Part shown: positions 10,652 to 21,765 of the stretch, in pieces
Layout of the letters: every line of letters starts with the position of its first letter
How positions within the stretch are numbered: position 1 is the stretch's first letter
Assembly (NCBI GenBank): GCA_977017575.1
Contig: CDRNVI010000004.1
Coordinates: 620,001 to 684,000 of the forward strand
DNA length: 64,000 nucleotides
DNA from: Paramoeba atlantica
Taxonomy: Eukaryota > Protista > Discosea
Reading direction: 5' to 3'
Translations under genes and position numbers: made by a program
The notes under the pieces: generated by a model
What the model was told of the DNA's origin: nothing
The model's input: only the letters and a program-made list of their open reading frames with translations
The model's database searches: none

Positions 10652-11635
10652 ATGGTGGCAGGAGTGAAGACTGAAGATCTATTTCAACTTTTTACGTCTT
10701 TCATTTCCTCTCTCTCCGAAAAGAGAACAGTTGCTCACAACCTTCGCCGGGGGGACCATCATATTCGTGGTCTCCAAACGCGCGCGAATGTGGACAACGC
10801 GAATGTGCCGTCTGGTCGTGCAGGTAAACGCCCGGCCAATAGTTCCAAGGGGGATCTCACAGAATCTCAAAAACGACTTGATCCAGCTCCCGCAGTTCAC
10901 AATCCGTTTTCGTCTCTTCGTTTCTCGAAGGGCAGCTCGAATGAGGACAAGAAGGCTCCATCACGTCTGACTTATTCACACGTGACAGCTGGTCATTCTC
11001 TCAAATAGTCCAAAAAACCCGCAAAGTCGAACTACGGGACTTCCACCACGTCCCGCTTGTCTCCCTTCCCCAAACGCGCAGGTGGGACTTCACGCCTAGA
11101 TGACGACCAAGTGGCCTCTAAGCCGAAAGCGCTGAAACCAGGGAAGTCCTTTGCAGAACGGTTTGGGGAACTGAAGCGGGAGCTTCAGACTCAGGAAGTC
11201 GCCAAGTACGGCGCTCTTCATAATACGATTGCAATCCACAAGTTACAGACTCAGAGTCTCAAGCTAGAATACAAGTGGATGTTACAAGCTCGGCGTCTGC
11301 AGGAACAACACATGCACCACATGTTAAACCTGCAGCAGCAGTGCCAAAATGCACTGCGGATTGTCGAGCGCGGTGGCCACATTTGTTCCACATGCCATCG
11401 CAAATTTATGGATCAGTCTTCCCTGGAGGAACATCAGCGGTCGCACTCCGCCGCTAGGGAGAAGCAAAATGCGAGATTTATTCAATCTCAGGCGCTGAAA
11501 AGAGAAAGCTTGTTTTTGTCATATCAAAATGCGAGATCGCATAATAAATCAAGAGGAAGATTCCAGCCTCCACATCGCGTCGCGATTTCTTCCTCGCGTT
11601 ACCCACCTCCACCTCGAACGTGCGCCGCCACCTAA
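10652..11635 (+). pseudogene. CRE ORF1 (coiled coil plus C2H2 zinc finger) with an in-frame TAG at 11006-11008
   Basis: ORFs 10652-11008 and 11057-11635 are in one frame separated only by TAG; CSTCHRKFMDQSSLEEHQRSH. Confidence 0.75.
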
Positions 11636-14600
11636 ACGTGCTACCCCCAGTTCTAGGCCTTCCATTGACGAACCAGGTGGTTTCGGCGGCGAGTGGGATG
11701 AAGATGATATTTCTTCCCTTGATTCGGAGACTCATGCATCCTATGTGACCAAAGTGGCGTTGTTCCTGGAACCGGAGAAAACGTCCCACGTCCTGGTAAC
11801 AGGGCTCAGCCCAAGCGCGTCACTTGGATTGCTCCGAGATCACGTGGCAGCCACAATTCAACTCCCAAACAGCCTTATTCAAATCGTGGATCCGACCTCA
11901 TATGAAGAGTTACCTCTCTCTGGGATTATCGGTCCCCCGACGACGGAATGCGTGTACGGGGCTACTATCAAGGCCCCACCAGGAGAAAAGTCAGGCAACG
12001 AAATCCCAATTTATTGTCAAATTGAAGATCACCCAATCCGTATACCTGAGGGTGTAGCGCCGGTTGAGTACCCTGTTGCTATCTGCCACTTTCTAGGCAT
12101 TGAACTTTCTTTGTCAAAATCCTGGGAACAGATTAAGGATGCGAGCGGGGTTTCATGGTGGTGCTTTAGGCCACCGGAAGTTCTGTCATCAGAAACTGGC
12201 TGGTCCAAAGACCAAGTTCATACATGGTTAATAAGAGGGGGTATTGAGAGCAACCCCGGCCCACGGGCAGTGTGGTGTTTCCGGTCAACTAAAAACGTCA
12301 TCGCCAACTCTGGTTGGTCCAAAGCGCAAGTACGCACCCAGCTGATCCGAGGCTGCATTGAAAGCAACCCCGGACGGGGTAAGAAGAGGGGCCGACCCCC
12401 CGGAAGAAAGTTCACACCTTCAGGTTCGTTGGATCTCGGGTCACTTCAGATCCAAGCAGACTCGACGATAGAGGAAAACCCAGGCCCGGAGCGCCCACGC
12501 GGCCGGCCCAAGGGAAGCAAAACAAGAGTTAAAGATGTGTTGAATCTGGAAGAAATTCACCCTGGAAGCCCTTGCATATCTGGGGCCTCAGAAGCAGTCC
12601 CACGTGGGACCATACTGGAGAAGATTGCGGGAGGAATATTCGAAGATTGTTCAACCAAAGAGGTTCAATCGGGATCGCATATCTCACAGAAACTGTGTAA
12701 TACGACAAATCTTCCGCCTCGTCAACTCCACGAAATACAAAGCCTGTGGGAAACATACACAAAACTGAATACGCGACCTAGTCTGCGTAAATTATATCAC
12801 CTGCAATTACCGTGCTGGAAGGAATTATGCGGTGGAATATGCAGAGACTTTGAAATACAACACACAGACACAAAAGCAAAGATGTCGTGGAACCTATTAT
12901 GCGCAGTGAAGCAGTTCTTATTCCTGCCCGAAAGTCAACTGACTCATCGGCAACTGGCTTATGAACTACGAAAGCGGATGGCCGAGCAAGAACCAAAATT
13001 TACCCCTTCGCTTGCAACCAAAAGTGTGGCAAAATTTGACCCGGTAGGCCGAGCAGAGGCACTGCTTAAACTTGGTGCGATCGGGAAAGCGGCAAAAGCG
13101 CTAGAGGCGAAGGAACGACAACCACTATCTACTGAAGAGATCGCTAAGGCCATAGATCGACTTCACCCAAAGACCTTTCGGGGTTATAAACATTTGCCGG
13201 CAAAATCTATGGACATCGAAAAGCAAACCTTAACTGACAGGGCTAGAAAGCTCGCCAAAGGATCCGCGCCGGGCCCATCAGGCTGGACACGCGAACTTCT
13301 TATACCGCTCCTAGAGGACCAGGATATCGTGGCCTGCGTTACTTGGATAGCTACAGCAGTGCTGCGAAACTCCCGAGACGCTCAGCTAAGGGACGTCTTA
13401 ACCAGCTCCACTCTGATCTTGCTGCGCAAGGAGGGCCCTTCCGTAGAAGGATCCCCAGCCTTCCGACCTATAGCAATGGGGGAAATCTTTCTTAAATTGG
13501 CTAGCCAAATCGCCATGGACAGGGTAGCAGAAGCAACGGGCAGACTTTTCCAAGATACACAATTTGGTGTTGGAACAAGAAACGGAGGACCTAAAATAAT
13601 ATTAAGGGCAAGAAACGCGTTTCGTCAAAAAGCGGACTTTGTGCTCTTGACAGTAGACATCCGTAACGCCTTCAATTCAATTGAAAGAAGCGCGGTGTTT
13701 CAGTATCTAAGGGGAAATGATGAATTTCACGAGCTATACGGGGTGACCTCATATGTATATCGGGCTCCAACTACGATATTTAACTCGTCGTGTTCGCCGA
13801 ATAAGGTTCTGAGGGGAGTCCGACAAGGCGACCCATTAGGACCGTTACTGTTTTCTCTCGGCTTGCACCAAATTCTTGGAAAATTAAAGGATGAGTTCAG
13901 TGATCTGACGCTTTGGGCTTACCTAGACGACCTTTCAATCATCGGCCCGGCAGAACGTGTCGCACAGGCGTTTGGCGCTCTCTGTGATCACGCTTCGGGA
14001 ATAGGACTGGAGGTACATCCGGCCAAATGTAAGCTTTCGACGCATTTCAATGACCAGTACGCTCCTTTCAGAGGTATGAACATAGAGCATGCGGAGCAAG
14101 GACAAAAGCTCCTAGGTGCATTCGTCTCCAAGGAAGGCGCGGATGAAACCAGATGGGTAGTCAACCAAATGCCTAAATTGCAGACATTCCTGGATCGGCT
14201 GCAACATCTCTCGTTACAAAGTGCTTACATTTTGCTGAAGAGATGTGGAGTCCCCCGGTGGGACTACCTAATGCGGTGTCATGAGCCGGAGGTAACGGCA
14301 AAAGCCAACGTGTTAGCGGACAAGGCCATACAGGAGTGTGCCTCAGAGCTGCTAGGAGGCCTCGAAGACCTGGAAAAGAACCCGTTTCACAGTACTCTCA
14401 TGACGGGCGACCTTTTGGGGGCGAAACCTTTTGCGCAGCAAGCGGCAACTCTGTATTCTCGCACAAAAGCTGAGGTATTAGGGTGTATGGAAAGACGACG
14501 TTCTGCCTTGACAAGATATGAAGAGTCGAAGTCAGCAGTGCGTAAAGAAACCAGCGAACTACATGACGTCCATTCACTTCAGTTGATGGACAAGAGAACG

Positions 14601-15278
14601 CGCAATTGGACAGAGGCGCGTAGGAATCGGGGTGAGTACTTCATGCGCGACGCAGAATGGCAAACAGCCATGCGCATGCGATACTTGATAGCACCTACTT
14701 CGGACCCTTTCGCACAATGTGAGTGCGGAGACATCCTCTCAAACAAAGATTTTGTTGTGCACGCCCTTGACTGCAATAAAGTCAAAGGCGACACTGCGGC
14801 CACTCGCCACAAACTTGTTAAGAATGCCTTCGTGCACTTGCTACGACAGTACGGATTCACTCCTGACAATCATGAACCCCGATTCTCTGCTGGTCAGGGC
14901 CCCGACGTCTGCTTTATGCTGGGAGGGAAGATATGTCTGGTGGACGTGACCGTCGTTAACCCCCTCGCCCCTTCTTATGTTAAGGCCGAATGGGTAGCGC
15001 CTGGCAACACTCTAGAAAGGGTGGAAAGCTTGAAAGTAAAAGCGCACAGTGACATGGCCACGAAAAGGGGTATGCATTTCTACCCCCTTGCATTTACCGT
15101 TTTTGGTGTGGCAGGGAAGCACACCGTACTCCTCCTAAAGGAGATCGCAAGGTATACGTATGACAGGAAAGGTTTCCTGCGTCATGCACTACAAGCCATT
15201 AATGTGGTTGTTCAAAAAGGCAACGCCGCGATACTATCCTCCGCGGTAAAAGAGTGGAGGAAGGCGGGTGTCCGCTAA
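11529..15278 (+). CDS. CRE ORF2: 2A-like motifs, AT-hooks, reverse transcriptase, CCHC knuckle, restriction-like endonuclease (1249 aa, intact)
   Basis: SAPGPSG, FRPIAMGE, VDIRNAFNS, GVRQGDPLGPLLFS, AYLDD, CECG..H..C, RH, PD, VDVTV, ESLK. Confidence 0.95.
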   Translation: MRDRIINQEEDSSLHIASRFLPRVTHLHLERAPPPKRATPSSRPSIDEPGGFGGEWDEDDISSLDSETHASYVTKVALFLEPEKTSHVLVTGLSPSASLGLLRDHVAATIQLPNSLIQIVDPTSYEELPLSGIIGPPTTECVYGATIKAPPGEKSGNEIPIYCQIEDHPIRIPEGVAPVEYPVAICHFLGIELSLSKSWEQIKDASGVSWWCFRPPEVLSSETGWSKDQVHTWLIRGGIESNPGPRAVWCFRSTKNVIANSGWSKAQVRTQLIRGCIESNPGRGKKRGRPPGRKFTPSGSLDLGSLQIQADSTIEENPGPERPRGRPKGSKTRVKDVLNLEEIHPGSPCISGASEAVPRGTILEKIAGGIFEDCSTKEVQSGSHISQKLCNTTNLPPRQLHEIQSLWETYTKLNTRPSLRKLYHLQLPCWKELCGGICRDFEIQHTDTKAKMSWNLLCAVKQFLFLPESQLTHRQLAYELRKRMAEQEPKFTPSLATKSVAKFDPVGRAEALLKLGAIGKAAKALEAKERQPLSTEEIAKAIDRLHPKTFRGYKHLPAKSMDIEKQTLTDRARKLAKGSAPGPSGWTRELLIPLLEDQDIVACVTWIATAVLRNSRDAQLRDVLTSSTLILLRKEGPSVEGSPAFRPIAMGEIFLKLASQIAMDRVAEATGRLFQDTQFGVGTRNGGPKIILRARNAFRQKADFVLLTVDIRNAFNSIERSAVFQYLRGNDEFHELYGVTSYVYRAPTTIFNSSCSPNKVLRGVRQGDPLGPLLFSLGLHQILGKLKDEFSDLTLWAYLDDLSIIGPAERVAQAFGALCDHASGIGLEVHPAKCKLSTHFNDQYAPFRGMNIEHAEQGQKLLGAFVSKEGADETRWVVNQMPKLQTFLDRLQHLSLQSAYILLKRCGVPRWDYLMRCHEPEVTAKANVLADKAIQECASELLGGLEDLEKNPFHSTLMTGDLLGAKPFAQQAATLYSRTKAEVLGCMERRRSALTRYEESKSAVRKETSELHDVHSLQLMDKRTRNWTEARRNRGEYFMRDAEWQTAMRMRYLIAPTSDPFAQCECGDILSNKDFVVHALDCNKVKGDTAATRHKLVKNAFVHLLRQYGFTPDNHEPRFSAGQGPDVCFMLGGKICLVDVTVVNPLAPSYVKAEWVAPGNTLERVESLKVKAHSDMATKRGMHFYPLAFTVFGVAGKHTVLLLKEIARYTYDRKGFLRHALQAINVVVQKGNAAILSSAVKEWRKAGVR

Positions 15279-15643
15279 TTGAAATTCCATTCTGAATTGA
15301 TAAAGATACCTGAAGGAATACTTCAAGGACTTACACGACACTGAGTTAAACCACAGAACCCAGTTCCGACGTCAATACATAGTGCATAATAGTACAATAA
15401 ACCGTTGCTGTGGACGAAAAAAGTATTTCGCTTGTTGAACACTGAGAAAAAAACCAGAGAAAAATATCTCAGATACGGAGAAGAAATACCACAAAACGGA
15501 GCTCTGGACGTACGAATATTATCGCAATATTACCACATATTCTATTTACCGCAATTCAATTGATATTTACCGCAATGTATACCCTGTATGCTACGATACT
15601 CTATATGTATGATACTCTGTGCGCCATGTAGTTCGATATTATT

Positions 15644-18069
15644 TTATATGGAGTGTTCCGTGTCAGATCCACGCTTTGCCGCCTTTTTTGCACGACTTGT
15701 ACGATACGGTAGCGGGTTCTCGTTTCCGCGAAGAAACATTTGTGTCGCTACAACATCTGTTCCAATGCGAGCTTGACGGGCACAATATTTCCAGGAAAGC
15801 ACCGAAAGGATAGAGTCACATGCCGTCACTAGCGGAGGAAGCTATAGGTAATGCAATGCAGCTTCAAAAATTGTCGGAAAATGTTTCAACCCAAGTGTTT
15901 GCCACCACTCAAGATCGCTCATGCCGGGTGTCCACTGGTAATCGTCGCAGTTTACGTACGTACTCCATTCCTCAATAGTAATGTCGAAAATCGGGTCGCC
16001 AGTTCCCAACAAATCATTTACCCGTTCCACTGAAAGGGATTCCTTCTTGCGAGGTCGAGCGGATAAGACGATCCACTCAGGCGAAAACCACATCACAGCT
16101 GCCCATACCTTCATCTCGTGGTTTGAGCATACTCTATTGACGTGCCGATGTATCGACTCTAAGAAATGCCTGGGTGAATTCTCAGCAGACTCGACAAGCT
16201 GTCGCAAAGTTGGATGAACAAGAGTTGCCATAGGACGATCCTGCATGTCAGAGAATTTTTCTTGTGCGATGCGTAACGGCATACAGTCTTTCAGGAAATC
16301 CTTCGCAGACTGCATCAAGTCGTTCAAAGAGTTGTTTTCGAACAAATCAGCCAAATGGTGGACAGATTGAGGGGCTCGCAGAGTTTCCAGTTCACTTTTT
16401 ATGAAGGATGCGACAGTAGGCAACTGATCAGCCAAAAACCTCATGCTTTCGAATTTATCCGCGAGCCACCGCGTGACCCCGCCAAGTTTGGGAGAAGTGA
16501 CGGCTCGAATTTCATGAGAATGTGCAATGGATTTCACCACACTAGCACCTTTCGCAATTAGAATCTCACATTGATCTTCCATTTCCAGAGTTTGATTCAG
16601 TTCGGCAAACACATCGCGTGCCTTTAAAGATACTTTCGAGAGAGTTTGCAATGCTTCCTTGAGATGAGCTATGGTGTCCCTGCGACCCCTCTTGTCAAGT
16701 TTTTCGCTGTTCACAGAACGATAAAAAGATTTAAAGTACGATTCAGCTTTTTGAGTCTCTTCGTCAAAGGCGCTTAATATATCTTCAAGAGCTTTTCCGA
16801 AATACTTCCCCTTCTTTGCCCCCACACGGTCCCCTGCATAGAAAATCCTGGAGAAGTATGTTCTTACTTTCATAATTGGCAGATTTGCGTAGTGCTGCAT
16901 TGCATCTTTGGCCATATTATGAAACAAGTGTCCGAAGCATGGTAATAGCGCGACACGTGGACAGTGCTTCGTCACGCCAATTACAATGTTCTCCCGGTCC
17001 GTGCTTCCGATAGAGCTGAGGCGCGAGTAAAATCCTTCCTCTGCGGAAACAAGAGAGTCACGAATGCCTAACATAGTGGTTTCTATTTCCTGCCTAGCCA
17101 CATTATTTACTGGGGCTCCGTCTGCCATTATGAATCGCAACTTTAGGAGTCGGCTCTCGGAGAGGCATGACCGAAGTACTTCTATCAGGGATTGTGCCAT
17201 CTCGCTACCGTTAAATGATTTGTGCTTAGGGTGGTAGATAGGTGGGAGAATAAAGTGGCGATCCACAACATACAAAATGGCGATAAGTACATGTTCGCTA
17301 AGAACCCTGTCAACTCCACCGTCGATGGCGAGGCCAAAGAATTTAGCTCCATCTATGGTTCGTCGAATGTCTTCCCAGATCATGTCGGCAATTCGACGTT
17401 CACTGATATGAAATTCGAGGGAGAAGGAAGGATCGATGCAGCTTCTGAAGGATGTATGTCGGGGGGAAATTCTTGAAATAAGTTCTTTACGCACTCGAGG
17501 AATCCTTCGGTAGAAAGATTGCTCTGAGCTGCAAAACATGGGAGAGCTTCGGAGATGTACTCCTCTAGCGACTTGGGATTTGCAACTTCACTGGAGTCTT
17601 CCATCCCCTGCTGCGCCTTCGAGCAGCACTCTTTCAAATGTTTATAACAAAAATTCTCCCCCTTGCTATGGGTCACCCACCCACATACTTTACATCGAAC
17701 ATGCTGTGAGTGGCCCATAGTATCATTCCGGATGCCTGAGACGTTTTTCCGAGCCCACTCGAGGCACGATTTTCCAGAGGACTCAACGCCGAGATTGCAT
17801 CGCTCGTACGTTAATTGCTGCTGTCGACGGAGGCTTCCACAAGCGAGTGGATCGTTCCCGCAGTTGCTTTTTCTCTTTCTCTGGAGAGCATTCTCCTCTT
17901 CAAGCGGAGAGAGGGACGCACTTAACGCTACTTGGGAAGGTGTCTCCTTTAACTGTGACGTAATTGCGGCTACTCTCTCGCGATGCTCCCGTGCTGACGG
18001 TCGCTTTCTTGTGTTTTCGGGGGTGGGGGTTGAAGGTGCGCTTTCCGAGTTCTTTGAACGTTGCGTCAT
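15644..18069 (-). pseudogene. hAT transposase with one frameshift (~17500) and one in-frame TAG (15842)
   Basis: BED-like CKVC...HLKEC, LAIDGG, MADGA, CFGH, TRW, and WW..L..FP..AL..L*LPP dimerisation-like tail continuing to 15644. Confidence 0.85.
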
Positions 18070-18298
18070 TTAAAACAGTGAGTGACAAGGTGATTAAAGG
18101 AAGTGATAAGGTGTAAACAAAAAGGTTGAGCAATACTTGTGTACCAGTCCTAAATGTCGCAATAAAGACAAATCTTTCCATTCATATACAGGGAAAAACT
18201 ACATTTCTATAGACACTTAATAAGATTATAGACACCTTCGAAAAGTAGTATCTCATAGTATATACTATAGTATATACTAAAATGCTAGTTAGACTATG

Positions 18299-19187
18299 TA
18301 GACTCTGTTTCGGATCCTACGAAATTCCATGTCGTAGACTTCATCTATGTTGGACCCGATTTCCTGACAAAGACAGTGTCTAACATTTTTGTAGGCCTTA
18401 TCAGCTATAACTAATTCATCGACGCGATGAAAAAATTCTGGAATTCCCGCTTTTGCCAGACACTCACTGTCGTGGGTACTTCAACTTTTTCTTTCAGTTT
18501 CTTGCTTCGATCACGGTACTTTTGACCACTTTGAACGTTGTGGCTTCGCCACATGGTCGTAAACCACTCACTTAATTGCTCTCGGTCGCGCTTCGAGCTC
18601 TGGAATACACCTTTATACTTTTCTTTCAAGAAAGCTACCATGTGAGTGGCCATGCTTTCCGCAGGTAGATCCTCAATTGCCAAGGACCAAGTCTCGGTCA
18701 CCTTCCAACGCCAATACGCAGGCATCTCCTCCTCTCGAACGCCGTGAATTTCGGAGCGCTCGGAATCCTTGAAGTAGAGAAGTCCCGTTGTACGGGCTTT
18801 AGTGAGGATTACTAACCCATGAATCAGAATGTCGCCGTCAATCGTAACGTTGCATAGTGTTTCTGAAGCGTTACTCTCAGCATCAGAAATCAGGCGAAGC
18901 CTATCTGTCACCCACTTGACGCACAGAGAGACAATGTTATCTTCCGTGCGGTACATGAGCTCTGGGGGTGGCAAACGCTCTGGAGCGTACTTCATGGCAT
19001 CTTTCTCTGCCTTGCTCATGCGGAGCCATTGCATCGTGCTTTCCGTCCGGACAAGAGGGATGCGAAACGTTTCTCGCAACGTAAACACCACCCATTTTCT
19101 GAGGGAGGCATATTTCTCGGAATCCGGAGAGGAAAACTCATTCACGATAAACTCATCGTCGTCAGGCGGAAGATCGTAGTGAAGCAT
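18299..19187 (-). pseudogene. N-terminal part of the split Harbinger-like transposase
   Basis: 258-aa ORF; restoring one base near 18480 gives V(G)STHDSECL...ELVIADKAY...RIRNRV up to the hAT TSD. Confidence 0.6.
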
Positions 19188-19490
19188 TTTTTATATTATT
19201 CTATCGTGGTATGTTCAGGATAAGTACAAAATCTAAGAAAAATAAGTTACTTTAAAGAAGCTACTATTAAAGAGCATTAAAAAATATACTGTGCCTTTCG
19301 CCAAGGAAGAAACTGAGTTGCCTAATACAATATAGAAAATTAGCAAACCCAGGTGGTTTCAGCCCTCTTATTGTACTCCACAACAATTTTTACACGCATA
19401 TCATAAGTAATGGGTCCATAGTGACATAAACTTATTTTATTGGGAAAAAATATGGTGTTTCGCCAAAATGACGATTTTTGACCTGTATTT

Positions 19491-19931
19491 TTAACAGGGG
19501 TCTGAAAATCTACAAAATCTACAAAATCTATAATTTAGTACTACAAAAGCAAGACGTAGAGCCTTGTGACGTTTCGTAAGGTAGGGCTTCTTGACCCTCT
19601 TCTTTCCCTTCATACCACGCTTACGAAGGGAAACCCGAATGGTTTCCGGGCAAACACCCGCAATACCTTCGTCTCTCAACCTTTTGCTGGCGGCAACTGC
19701 GTCTTTTGTGGCGCCGCTAGTGATGAGACGGCGGACGCGCCTACGGCAAGTATCACTCAGCTTACGTGGGCGACCGGTTGGTTGTCTAGATAGCGATGGA
19801 AGATATTTATTTTTAATGCGGCTGACATTTCCTACGCTTAAGTTTAAATCGGCGGCCACTCTACGAAGTGAAAATCCGTTTTCAAGTTTTTCAATAGCAA
19901 TCTTTCGTAAATAACTCGGTGTACTGTGCAT
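19491..19931 (-). pseudogene. Tc1 transposase N-terminal (HTH) fragment
   Basis: SLRRVAADLNLSVGNVSRI, GRPRKLS, VCPETIRVSLRKRG, KKPYLTKRHKALRLAF; truncated. Confidence 0.85.
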
Positions 19932-20072
19932 ACTAGAACAAAGATCTACAATAGGAGAATAAAACCAAGTTGCTCTATTTACTACATTACTTATGCACAG
20001 TACACCGAGTTATTTACGGATAGTACTATATAGTACTATAATTTTTTTTCAAATACTATAAATATATATATA

Positions 20073-20832
20073 CACTAACAATCAGCTATAAGTCCCCCCC
20101 CTCGAATTTTGAAAAACAGGTCTGTTTTTTATCATCTTTTTTTGAACGTCTAGAGAATTTTACATAGGTGCGTTTCCCGACGTTTAAACTGGTTTTTCTC
20201 GACTCATTAAGATCGAATTATGTATTGAAAAAAATGAGCCGAACAAATGATTTTTTTACATAAATGTTCCATTTTTTGATATATTTACCAGGTAAAACCC
20301 CATAAATGCAATCACTGCAGGAAAAGAAGATTACGCAAAGACAAGCTTAACATCCAATATTCCAACCCCCGCTCTCCAACACCTTGTTCATATGTTTTAA
20401 GTACTCTGAACACATTTTTTTCTCATTGTACATTTTTACCCATCTTCGTACGGTATTTTTATCAACTTTATATTTTTTAGAGATGAAAGTGGTGGGAGCA
20501 CCGCATTTTCGTTCAATAACAAACGAAATGCGCATTGCGAGCGTCGTACGCTCCGAGTTGAGGTAACTCGACCTGTGGTTCCTCACCATGGGTGTAAAAC
20601 GGGTAGTGTCAATGAGAAAAAAGGGAAATTTTGACTGTACATTGGAAAATCTCATTTTTGACCAGTATTTTGAGTGCCAAAAGCGTATATTAAGTTCTTA
20701 CAAAAAATCAACAAAAGTTCTTACCGGCAAAGATAGGCTAGGGATCGAGATCTCTCGTTTGCCGCTGGAATTAGGTCAAACGGACGCGCGACCCAAAAAT
20801 AATGGGGGTGGACTTATAGCTGAACGATAGTG
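20073..20832 (-). mobile_element. Tc1-like non-autonomous element (760 bp), TA-flanked
   Basis: Ends TA|CACTA....CAGCTATAAGTCC; HTH remnant KYKVDKNTVRRWVKMY; inverted near-copy at 21766-22502. Confidence 0.85.
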
Positions 20833-20859
20833 TATAATATATTTTGAGACCCCTGATTT

Positions 20860-21248
20860 TTAATCTCATTTTTTTCTCTTGAGTTTTTCTACGCTGATTC
20901 CTTCGGCAAACGTGCGACAAATTTCGAGATCCATCGAATGCCGAAGGAATTAGGTCAAAAGCTCTCATGACGCAAAAATGAAGGGGGGGGACTGTTATCC
21001 TTTAAGGGGTGTATATCAAGCGTGCCGTCAAGGTCTCCAGTTCATGAAACGGCATTTTTGTTGGAATGGCCGCAGGCAACTTCTTTACAAACCTATCTGC
21101 TAATTTATACATTTTCAATTTTTTTACGCTGATTCCTTCGGCAAACGTACGACAAATTTCGAGATCTATCGATTGCCGAAGGAATTAGGTCAAAAGCTCG
21201 CATGACGCAAAAATGAAGGAGGGGGACTGTTATCCTTTAAGAGGTGTA
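20860..21248. repeat. Two tandem copies of a transposon end (~130 bp each)
   Basis: TACGCTGATTCCTTCGGCAAACG...GGGGGACTGTTATCCTTTAAG(G/A)GGTGTAT ending near 21014 and 21248; same TIR as 7863 and 35610. Confidence 0.8.
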
Positions 21249-21765
21249 TTTGGGCGGAAATGATTTAATGAAATAGCAATTAGTGGAATGAGCTAGAAAT
21301 TAGGGAAAATTGAACAGAACAGTAGTGAGAAAGAAAATGCTTTACCTTACCTTGCCTTCTAACTTGCCGTATTACTTTCTACCGTCCTACCTTCGTACTT
21401 TCTACAGTCTCATGTGGAGCACACCTACAAGGCCGGGAAACGAACCGAACGATTCGAAGTAGCGATCGGGCTGGCCACCGAATACGAGGGAGGATTGTAT
21501 TCTGGGGGTGGTGGTGAGGCTTCAGCCCCGCTGCTTGATTCACTTTGTCGAGAAGCGGTCCGCTGGCGCTGACGCCACTGCTGGCAAACGCGAGACTGCT
21601 TCCCGGAAACAGAGCGCCACACGCTGTCCACAAAGTCGCCCACTTCACCGTGGCGATGGGGGGGAAAAGAGAGGGTCTTCTTGAAGGTACGCTTCAGGGT
21701 ATGCGGTTGCCTCTCCAAGGAAGTAAAGGATGAAAATGATTCAGAGAAGGAAACAAAGGAAAATA

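Larger units (their letters stand above)
10457..15309 (+). mobile_element. Full-length CRE-clade (SLACS/CZAR/CRE-like) non-LTR retrotransposon
   Basis: Two ORFs, RT plus CCHC knuckle plus RLE endonuclease, SL-exon-like 5' end, flanking imperfect repeat ATTCTGAATT(AAC)GATAAAGAT(T)AC at 10457-10481 and 15289-15309. Confidence 0.9.
9961..18298 (-). mobile_element. hAT-superfamily DNA transposon with a nested CRE retrotransposon (~3.5 kb without the CRE)
   Basis: TIR CATAGTCTAACTAG...TAGTATATACTATGAGATACTACTTTT at both ends, 6-bp TSD TAGACT (9955-9960 and 18299-18304), hAT transposase inside. Confidence 0.8.

Noticed and set aside
11006-11008. Stop-codon reassignment suggested by in-frame TAG in CRE ORF1, the hAT and the Harbinger-like gene, and TGA at a Trp site in the 57325 LRR
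   Set aside because: TAG and TGA end intact genes at family-consistent positions (KAP copy 2 TAG aligns with copy 1 TAA; PTB-like and several LRRs end in TGA), and the in-frame stops occur only in TEs or pseudogenes
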